A stretch of DNA of 25,084 nt from Gammaproteobacteria bacterium (lineage in GTDB: Bacteria; Pseudomonadota; Gammaproteobacteria; Poriferisulfidales; Poriferisulfidaceae). Positions 18,104-25,084 of this stretch are shown piece after piece. The notes under the pieces were generated by a model that saw only the letters and a list, made by a program, of their open reading frames with translations, was not told the DNA's origin and made no database searches. Positions within the stretch are counted from its first letter, which is position 1; every line of letters begins with the position of its first letter. A program made the translations under genes and the position numbers. The stretch lies in contig RKRZ01000188.1 in NCBI GenBank assembly GCA_007571105.1, forward strand, positions 1-25,084. Reading direction: 5' to 3'.

Positions 18104-18646
18104 ATGGCAGAAACCTTCACGATGGATCTGGAAGCCATTCGCGAGCGCGCGCGCCGGAAAATGGAGGACGGCGCGGTCACCGGCGCCTATGGGGCCGACG
18201 TCAATCAGGTCATTGATGTGTTGAATGAGGTGCTGGCGACCGAGATCGTCTGCGTGCTGCGCTATCGCAACCACTACTACATGGCGAGCGGGGTGAATTC
18301 GCCGACCGTGGCGGCGGAGTTTCTCGAGCACGCCAACGAGGAGCAGATGCATGCGGACTGGGCGGCGCAGCGGATCACGCAATTGGGCGGCGCACCGAAT
18401 TTCAACCCGGAAGGCCTGGCGACGCGGGCGCATGCGGAATATGCGGAGGGCGAGACTCTGGACGAGATGATTCGCGAGGACCTGGTCGCGGAGCGAATCG
18501 CGATTGAGACCTATTCGGAGATCATTCGTTGGCTGAAAGACAACGATCCGACCACCCGGCGGATGATCGAGGACATTCTGAAAATGGAAGAGGAACACGC
18601 CGACGATTTGGCCAACCTGCTGGAGATGGTGGAAAGCGGCGCATAA
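18104..18646 (+). CDS. Ferritin-like protein, DpsL/bacterioferritin-like (resembles Pseudomonas PA4880 family)
   Basis: LNEVLATEIVCVLRY, EFLEHANEEQMHAD, AERIAIETY, DPTTRR, EEEHADDL (di-iron ExxH motifs); N-terminal extension RERARRKMEDGAVTGAY; SD CAGGAG. Confidence 0.82.
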   Translation: MAETFTMDLEAIRERARRKMEDGAVTGAYGADVNQVIDVLNEVLATEIVCVLRYRNHYYMASGVNSPTVAAEFLEHANEEQMHADWAAQRITQLGGAPNFNPEGLATRAHAEYAEGETLDEMIREDLVAERIAIETYSEIIRWLKDNDPTTRRMIEDILKMEEEHADDLANLLEMVESGA

Positions 18647-18667
18647 CCGCGATCCTGGGCGAGAGAC

Positions 18668-18744
<77 letters not shown>

Positions 18745-18763
18745 GTCTCAGGCCCCCAAGGTT

Positions 18764-18769
18764 TATAAT
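18764..18769 (+). promoter_or_regulatory. Candidate -10 for the nuo operon
   Basis: Perfect TATAAT about 100 nt upstream of nuoA; no good -35 at 17 nt. Confidence 0.4.
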
Positions 18770-18868
18770 CGCAAGGCATTGATGCCGCCTGAATTGGTTG
18801 CTGATGAGACTCGCAGGAACGTCTTCTGAAAAGTTTGAAATCCACCGCCCGAAGAGGCCGGAGGCCTG

Positions 18869-19225
18869 ATGCTTGACGAGTATCTGGCGGTGTTGTTGTT
18901 CCTGGGGCTGGGCGGTGGCATCGGGGTGGCGACGCTGATGGTCAGCTGGCTGCTTGCGCCGCGCGAGCCGAATCCGGAGAAGGTGCTGCCGTACGAGTGC
19001 GGATTCGACGCCCTCGGCGATGCCCGCATGAGCTTTGATGTGCGCTACTACCTGGTGGTGATCCTGTTTGTGCTGTTTGATTTGGAGGTGGCGTTTCTGT
19101 TTCCGTGGGCGGTGGCGCTGCAGGACGTGGGCACTTATGGCCTGATCAGCATGGCGGTGTTTCTGCTGCTGCTGGCGGCCGGCTTTATTTATGAGCTGCG
19201 CCGGGGAGCGCTGGAATGGGATTGA
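18869..19225 (+). CDS. nuoA: NADH-quinone oxidoreductase subunit A
   Basis: [34 protein letters not shown]; SD GGAGG. Confidence 0.97.
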   Translation: MLDEYLAVLLFLGLGGGIGVATLMVSWLLAPREPNPEKVLPYECGFDALGDARMSFDVRYYLVVILFVLFDLEVAFLFPWAVALQDVGTYGLISMAVFLLLLAAGFIYELRRGALEWD

Positions 19226-19731
19226 GTCTGCCCGAACAGGAGCCGGTCTGGCCGCAATCGGCCGGCACGCTCAAGCAGGAAGGATTTATGGTCACCAGCG
19301 CGGATTCGCTGGTGCGCTGGGCCCGCTCCGGTTCGTTGTGGCCGATGACTTTTGGGCTGGCCTGCTGCGCAGTCGAAATGATGCATGCGGGGGCGGCGCG
19401 CTATGACCTGGACCGTTTCGGCATGCTGTTTCGCCCGAGTCCGCGGCAGTCGGATGTCATGATCGTGGCCGGCACGCTGGTCAATAAGATGGCGCCGGCG
19501 TTGCGGCGGGTGTACGACCAGATGCCGGAGCCCAAATGGGTGATCTCGATGGGCTCGTGCGCGAACGGTGGGGGCTACTATCACTATTCGTACTCCGTCG
19601 TACGCGGTTGCGACCGGATTGTGCCGGTAGACATTTATGTCCCGGGCTGCCCGCCGACCGCGGAGGCCCTGCTTTACGGCATTCTGCAACTGCAGCACAA
19701 AATCCGCCGCGCACGCAAGAAGGCCCGCTGA
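19216..19731 (+). CDS. nuoB: NADH-quinone oxidoreductase subunit B
   Basis: [39 protein letters not shown] (N2 cluster). Confidence 0.98.
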   Translation: MGLSLPEQEPVWPQSAGTLKQEGFMVTSADSLVRWARSGSLWPMTFGLACCAVEMMHAGAARYDLDRFGMLFRPSPRQSDVMIVAGTLVNKMAPALRRVYDQMPEPKWVISMGSCANGGGYYHYSYSVVRGCDRIVPVDIYVPGCPPTAEALLYGILQLQHKIRRARKKAR

Positions 19732-19746
19732 TCTAGAGGCCGCTGA

Positions 19747-20424
19747 ATGGATTCGGCCGAGACAGCTCCAAACCATGCGCTGGCCGAGCGTTTGGGTGAG
19801 CGGGCCCAGTGGCAGGAGCACGCGGACGGGCCGGCCCTGGAAGTGGCGGCGGCGGATTTGCTGGAAGTCATGAGCCTCTTGCGCGATGATCCCGAGGCGC
19901 GCTTTGAGCAATTGATGGACCTCGCCGGCATGGACTATGCCGAATTCGGCCAGAGCGAGTGGAAGACCGAACAGGCGAGTGCGACCGGATTCTCCCGCGC
20001 CGTGCATCCGGCGACCTCCGCACGCTATTCTTTCGATGCGCCGCATCCGCCGATCTCCGGCGAGCGCCGTTTTGCCGTGGTCTATCACCTGCTGTCGTTG
20101 AGCCGCAATCAGCGTCTGCGCGTGCGCGCCTATTGCGAGGACGGGGAATGGCCCTCCGTGCCGTCGGTTCGGGAACTCTGGCGTTGCGCCGACTGGTACG
20201 AGCGCGAGGCCTTTGATCTGTTCGGCATCGTGTTTGAAGGCCACCCGGACCTGCGCCGCATCCTGACCGATTACGGCTTCATCGGCCATCCGCTGCGCCG
20301 CGACTTCCCGCTCAGCGGACACATGGAGGTGCGTTACGATCCCGAATTGCGCCGGGTGGTGTACGAACCGGTCTCGATCGAGGCGCGCGTGGGCGTTCCC
20401 CGGGTGTTGCGGGAGACGGCCTGA
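19747..20424 (+). CDS. nuoC: NADH-quinone oxidoreductase subunit C (separate from D)
   Basis: [47 protein letters not shown]. Confidence 0.96.
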   Translation: MDSAETAPNHALAERLGERAQWQEHADGPALEVAAADLLEVMSLLRDDPEARFEQLMDLAGMDYAEFGQSEWKTEQASATGFSRAVHPATSARYSFDAPHPPISGERRFAVVYHLLSLSRNQRLRVRAYCEDGEWPSVPSVRELWRCADWYEREAFDLFGIVFEGHPDLRRILTDYGFIGHPLRRDFPLSGHMEVRYDPELRRVVYEPVSIEARVGVPRVLRETA

Positions 20425-21692
20425 TGACGGAAATTCACAACTACACAATGAACTTCGGGCCGCAGCATCCGGCCTCGCACGGCGTGCTGCGCCTGGTGAT
20501 GGAGCTCGACGGCGAAGTGGTGCGCCAGATTGATCCGCACATCGGCCTGCTGCACCGCGGCACCGAGAAGCTTGCCGAGAGCAAGCCGTACAACCAGAGC
20601 ATCGGTTACATGGACCGGCTCGACTACGTGTCGATGATGTGCAACGAGCACGCCTATGTTCGCGCGATGGAGCAGTTGCTGGAGATTGCGCCGCCGATTC
20701 GCGCGCAATACATCCGGGTCCTGTTCGATGAAATCACCCGAATTCTGAACCATTTGTTGTGGCTGGGCGCGCACGCGCTGGACATTGGCGCGAGCAGCGT
20801 GTTTTTGTACACCTTCCGCGAGCGCGAGGACTTAATGGACTGTTATGAAGCCGTCTCGGGCGCCCGCATGCATGCGACGTATTACCGCCCGGGCGGGGTG
20901 CATCGGGACCTGCCGCAGAAAATGCCGCGCTACGAAGCACCGCGCTTCTCTGCCCTGTCGCGCAAAGTTCGCCACACACTTAAATGGCGCAATCGCGACC
21001 GCGGCGGCAGCCTGCTGGATTTCCTCGAGACGTTTTCCGAACGCTTCCCGCGCTGCGTCGATGAGTACGAGGGTCTGCTGACGGACAACCGGATCTGGAA
21101 GCAGCGCACCGTGGACATTGGCGTGGTCAGTCCGGAACAGGCGCTGCAGTGGGGGTTCACCGGACCCATGCTGCGCGGTTCGGGGGTGTCCTGGGATTTG
21201 CGCAAGCGCCAGCCTTATGCGGTGTACGAAGCGCTTGATTTTGACGTGCCGGTCGGCACCCGCGGCGATTGCTACGATCGCTATCTGGTGCGCGTCGAAG
21301 AGATGCGCCAGTCCAACCGGATCATCAAGCAGTGCATCGATTGGTTGCGGGAAAATCCCGGACCGGTTATCTCGGACAATCACAAGATCACCCCGCCGCC
21401 TCGCCCGCGCCTGGAATACGACATGGAAGCGCTGATCCACCACTTCAAACTGTTCTCCGAAGGCTTCTGCATTCCGCCGGGGGAGACGTACGCGGCGGTG
21501 GAGCACCCGAAAGGCGAGTTTGGCATCTATCTGGTATCGGACGGCGCCAACAAGCCGTACCGACTCAAGATTCGGGCGCCGGGCTTTGCCCATCTGGCCG
21601 CGCTTGATGAATTGGCGCGCGGGCATATGCTGGCGGATGTGGTGGCCTTGCTCGGCACGCTGGATCTGGTGTTTGGCGAGGTGGACCGATGA
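20424..21692 (+). CDS. nuoD: NADH-quinone oxidoreductase subunit D
   Basis: [48 protein letters not shown]. Confidence 0.98.
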   Translation: MTEIHNYTMNFGPQHPASHGVLRLVMELDGEVVRQIDPHIGLLHRGTEKLAESKPYNQSIGYMDRLDYVSMMCNEHAYVRAMEQLLEIAPPIRAQYIRVLFDEITRILNHLLWLGAHALDIGASSVFLYTFREREDLMDCYEAVSGARMHATYYRPGGVHRDLPQKMPRYEAPRFSALSRKVRHTLKWRNRDRGGSLLDFLETFSERFPRCVDEYEGLLTDNRIWKQRTVDIGVVSPEQALQWGFTGPMLRGSGVSWDLRKRQPYAVYEALDFDVPVGTRGDCYDRYLVRVEEMRQSNRIIKQCIDWLRENPGPVISDNHKITPPPRPRLEYDMEALIHHFKLFSEGFCIPPGETYAAVEHPKGEFGIYLVSDGANKPYRLKIRAPGFAHLAALDELARGHMLADVVALLGTLDLVFGEVDR

Positions 21693-22177
21693 GCGTGAGT
21701 CTGAGCACGGAGTTGTGTACGCGAATCGATGCGTGGGTGCGCCGCTTTCCTGCCGAGCATCGCCGCTCGGCTGTGCTCGGAGCGCTGCGGGAGACGCAGA
21801 AAGAGTACGGACATCTGACCCCGGAGCGAATGGACGCGGTGGCGCAGTATCTGGAATTGCCGGCGATCCAGGTCTACGAAGTCGGCTCCTTCTATACCGG
21901 GTTCAATCACCAGGAGGTGGGGCAGCGAACCATCTCGGTGTGCACCAACATCTCCTGCTGGCTGCGCGGCGGCGAAGAAATTCTGAACCACTTGAGTGAA
22001 CGCTTGGGCGTGGCGCCCGGCGAGTCGACCGAGGACGGGCGCTTTTTTCTGAAACAGGAAGAGGAGTGTCTGGCTGCCTGCTGCGGCGCGCCGATGATGC
22101 AGATCGATCATGTCTACCATGAGAACCTGACGCCGGAACGGGTCGATAAGATTCTGGAGCGCCTGGCCGATGATTGA
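21689..22177 (+). CDS. nuoE: NADH-quinone oxidoreductase subunit E
   Basis: CTNISC and CLAAC (N1a 2Fe-2S ligands), APMMQI. Confidence 0.96.
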   Translation: MSVSLSTELCTRIDAWVRRFPAEHRRSAVLGALRETQKEYGHLTPERMDAVAQYLELPAIQVYEVGSFYTGFNHQEVGQRTISVCTNISCWLRGGEEILNHLSERLGVAPGESTEDGRFFLKQEEECLAACCGAPMMQIDHVYHENLTPERVDKILERLADD

Positions 22178-23450
22178 GCACCACAACAGTTACTGCTTCG
22201 CGACGATGGAGGCTGCGTCACCGTGGGCGCTTGAGACTTATGAGGCGCATGGCGGCTATTACGCCTGGCGCAAGATTTTGGAGACTCGTCCGCCGCGGCG
22301 AGAGGTGGTCGAGCAGGTCAAGGCCTCGGGATTGCGCGGGCGCGGCGGCGCCGGATTCCCGACCGGGCTGAAATGGAGTTTCATGCCGGATGTCGAGGAG
22401 AGTTATCTGGTCTGCAATGCGGACGAGTCGGAACCGGGCACCTGCAAGGACCGGGACATTCTGCGCTTCAACCCGCATGCCCTGATCGAGGGGATGGCCA
22501 TCGGCTGTTATGCGATCGGCGCGACGCACGGCTACATTTACTTGCGCGAGGAGTTCTGCGAGGAGCCGCATGAGCGTTTGTTGACGGCGATGGAAGAGGC
22601 CTACGCGCAGGGGTTGTTGGGAGAGAACATTCGCGACAGCGGCATCACCGTCGAGTTGCGCGACACGCTGGGGGCGGGCGCCTATATTTGCGGCGAAGAG
22701 ACCGCGCTGCTGGAGTCCCTGGAAGGCAAGAAAGGACTGCCGCGCTTCAAGCCGCCATTTCCGGCAAGTTACGGTCTGTGGGGCAAGCCGACCAGCGTCA
22801 ACAATGTCGAGAGTCTGGCGCTGGTGCCGGCGATTGTGCGCGACGGAGTCGAGCAATTTACCCAAGTCGGCACGGAGAAAAGTCCGGGCACCAAATGCTT
22901 TTCCGTCTCCGGACACGTCGCGCGGCCGGGCAACCATGAGTTGCCGCTGGGCACGCCGTTCGCCGATCTGCTCGAGCTGTGCGGCGGCGTGTGGAACAAC
23001 CGCCGCCTCAAGGCGGTGATTCCAGGCGGTTCTTCGGTGCCGGTGCTGCCGGCGTCGGCGATGGAGGGGCTGACGATGGATTTCGAAAGCATTGAAGCGG
23101 CTGGTTCCCTGCTGGGTTCGGGCGCGGTGATCGTGATGGACGACACCACCGACATGGTGCGCGCCCTGCAGCGCATTTCCCGGTTTTACTTCCACGAGTC
23201 GTGCGGCCAGTGCACGCCGTGTCGGGAAGGCACGGGCTGGCTGTATCGGGTGCTGACGCGCATCGTCGAAGGGCAGGGTGAGCCCCGCGACCTGGAGGTG
23301 CTCGACACGGTGCCGGCGCGGATTGACGGGCACACCATTTGTGCGTTGGGTGCCGCCGCCGCCTGGCCGGTGCAGAGTTTCCTGCGCCACTTTCGCGAGG
23401 AATTCGAGCATTACATCGAACATGGCCGCAGTCTGGTGACGCCGGCATGA
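22170..23450 (+). CDS. nuoF: NADH-quinone oxidoreductase subunit F
   Basis: [49 protein letters not shown]. Confidence 0.98.
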   Translation: MIEHHNSYCFATMEAASPWALETYEAHGGYYAWRKILETRPPRREVVEQVKASGLRGRGGAGFPTGLKWSFMPDVEESYLVCNADESEPGTCKDRDILRFNPHALIEGMAIGCYAIGATHGYIYLREEFCEEPHERLLTAMEEAYAQGLLGENIRDSGITVELRDTLGAGAYICGEETALLESLEGKKGLPRFKPPFPASYGLWGKPTSVNNVESLALVPAIVRDGVEQFTQVGTEKSPGTKCFSVSGHVARPGNHELPLGTPFADLLELCGGVWNNRRLKAVIPGGSSVPVLPASAMEGLTMDFESIEAAGSLLGSGAVIVMDDTTDMVRALQRISRFYFHESCGQCTPCREGTGWLYRVLTRIVEGQGEPRDLEVLDTVPARIDGHTICALGAAAAWPVQSFLRHFREEFEHYIEHGRSLVTPA

Positions 23451-25084
23451 GTGAGACCATCACCATCACGCTGGATGGGCAGCCCGTCGAGGCGCAGCCG
23501 GGTGAGATGCTGATTGCGGTGGCCGATCGCGCGGGCGTGCCGATTCCGAGGTTCTGCTATCACCGCAAACTTTCGGTCGCCGCCAATTGCCGCATGTGCC
23601 TGGTTGAAGTGGACGGCGCGCGCGGCCCGGCGCCGGCCTGCGCGACGCCGGTGACCGACGGCATGGAAGTGCACACGCAGTCGGAGTTGGCGCGCTCATC
23701 GCAGCGCGCCACCATGGAGTTTTTGTTGATCAATCATCCGCTGGACTGTCCGATTTGCGATCAGGGTGGCGAGTGCGAATTGCAGGATTTGGCATTGGAG
23801 TATGGGGACGATCTTTCCCGTTATGCGGAAGCGCGCCGGGTGGTGCCGGACCCGGATCTCGGGCCGTTGGTGTCGACGGACATGACGCGCTGCATTCACT
23901 GCACCCGTTGCGTGCGCTTCACGGAGGAAATTGCCGGCGAGCAGGAACTGGGCGCGTTCGGGCGGGGAGAGTTCATGAAAATCGGCACCTACATCGAGGC
24001 GGCGCTCAATTCGGAGTTGTCCGGCTGCGTGATTGATCTGTGTCCGGTCGGTGCGCTCAATGCCCGGCCCTCGCGCATGAGCGCGCGCGCTTGGGATCTG
24101 GTGGCGCATCCGGGTTTGGGCGAGCACGACGGCGCCGGCTCGCATTTGACGCGCCACGTGCACGACGGGCGCCAGATCCGCAGCGTGCCGCGGGACGAAG
24201 ACTCCATCAATGAGACCTGGCTGTCGGATCGCGATCGCTTCAGTTATCAGGCAGCGAGCCACCCGAAGCGGCTGACCGAACCGATGATCAACTATGGCAA
24301 CAGCTGGTTTGCGCTCAGCTGGGAGGAAGCGCTGGATCAATTGGCGCAGTGGCTCAACACTGCGGGACCCAAGGCCGGGCTGATCCATCCGTCGGCGACG
24401 CTTGAAGAGTGCTTTCGTTTTCAGCAATTGCTGCGCGCGCGCGGCGGGCGCACGGTGGAGCATCGGGTGCGGATGAGCGATTTTCGCTATGGCGAGCAGT
24501 ATCCATTGATGCCGGGGCTCGGCTGCACGCTCGATGAACTCCCCGAGCACGACCTGGTGGTGCTGGTCGGCTCCTTTCTGCGACACGATCAACCCATCAT
24601 CAATCATCGGCTTCGCGCCGCCGCCCGCGCCGGCACCGAGGTCTGGGCGCTCAATCCCTGCCGGTTTGACTGGAACTTTCCGCTGCACCAGGAAATCGTG
24701 ATGTCGCCGCGCGAGTGGGTGTCGTATTTGACGCCGGCGCCAAGAAAACGGCGGCCGTTGCACCAGCGCCTGAAAAAAGCGCGCCGCCCGCTCCTCTGGC
24801 TGGGCCCTCTGGCGCTCAACCATCCGGATGCAAGCCTGCTGTATCACCAGGCGCAGGAGTTGTGTCAGCGAAGCGGGGCCGTTTTGGGTCTGCTGCCGGA
24901 AGGAGCCAATGCGCCCGGAGCCTGGTTGAGCGGGTGCGTGCCGCACCGCCTGGCCGGCGGGCAGCCGACCGTGGGGCCGGCGCTGGATGCGGCGCTTGAG
25001 GAGCCTGCGGATCTGTGGCTTTTGTATGGCGTGGACTCCCGCTGCGATGTGCACAATCCGCGACAGACGCATGCGGCGCTGCAT
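23447..25084 (+). CDS. nuoG: NADH-quinone oxidoreductase subunit G, partial (runs off the window)
   Basis: Not in the ORF track. Hand translation from ATG 23447 (ATGA overlap with nuoF) is open to the end: [55 protein letters not shown]. Confidence 0.97.
   Translation, partial: MSETITITLDGQPVEAQPGEMLIAVADRAGVPIPRFCYHRKLSVAANCRMCLVEVDGARGPAPACATPVTDGMEVHTQSELARSSQRATMEFLLINHPLDCPICDQGGECELQDLALEYGDDLSRYAEARRVVPDPDLGPLVSTDMTRCIHCTRCVRFTEEIAGEQELGAFGRGEFMKIGTYIEAALNSELSGCVIDLCPVGALNARPSRMSARAWDLVAHPGLGEHDGAGSHLTRHVHDGRQIRSVPRDEDSINETWLSDRDRFSYQAASHPKRLTEPMINYGNSWFALSWEEALDQLAQWLNTAGPKAGLIHPSATLEECFRFQQLLRARGGRTVEHRVRMSDFRYGEQYPLMPGLGCTLDELPEHDLVVLVGSFLRHDQPIINHRLRAAARAGTEVWALNPCRFDWNFPLHQEIVMSPREWVSYLTPAPRKRRPLHQRLKKARRPLLWLGPLALNHPDASLLYHQAQELCQRSGAVLGLLPEGANAPGAWLSGCVPHRLAGGQPTVGPALDAALEEPADLWLLYGVDSRCDVHNPRQTHAALH

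Noticed and set aside
18795-18868. Hammerhead-ribozyme-like core in the nuoA leader (CTGATGAG ... GAAA)
   Set aside because: Stem II cannot close with G10.1-C11.1 directly before either GAAA, and no stem I or stem III partners or NUH cleavage triplet can be placed.
23696-25084. 462-aa minus-strand ORF, and similar long antisense ORFs at 19189-20448, 22218-23423, 1339-2481, 5835-6827 and 11100-12047
   Set aside because: They are shadows of well-conserved genes on the opposite strand, expected in GC-rich codon-biased DNA, and show no recognisable motifs.

Overview
GC-rich gammaproteobacterial chromosome segment that spans the replication origin. From left to right: a Fur-controlled Fe(3+) ABC transporter (fbpA-fbpB-fbpC, minus strand, fbpC cut by the window edge); an AsnB-like amidotransferase most similar to the NAGGN (N-acetylglutaminylglutamine amide) type, without its usual partner genes; divergent queG and an unknown Cys-rich lipoprotein; a minus-strand run dnaA-dnaN-recF-gyrB-prlC-xthA; an M23 peptidase and a YkuD-family gene where rpmH-rnpA-yidC normally lie; a DpsL/bacterioferritin-like gene; tRNA-Val(GAC); and nuoA-nuoG (nuoG cut by the edge). 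The non-coding signals are clear: DnaA boxes, an IHF-like site and a GC-skew switch put oriC in the dnaA-dnaN spacer, two parS palindromes lie inside recF, and near-consensus sigma70 promoters precede fbpA and gyrB. The most striking anomaly is that dnaA is split into two frames at a C9 homopolymer in the domain II linker; one extra C restores a 448-aa DnaA. A homopolymer sequencing error is the most likely cause, but slippage or phase variation cannot be excluded from sequence alone. No mobile elements, CRISPR arrays or defence islands were seen. Family assignments come from motif recognition and memory, not from database searches.
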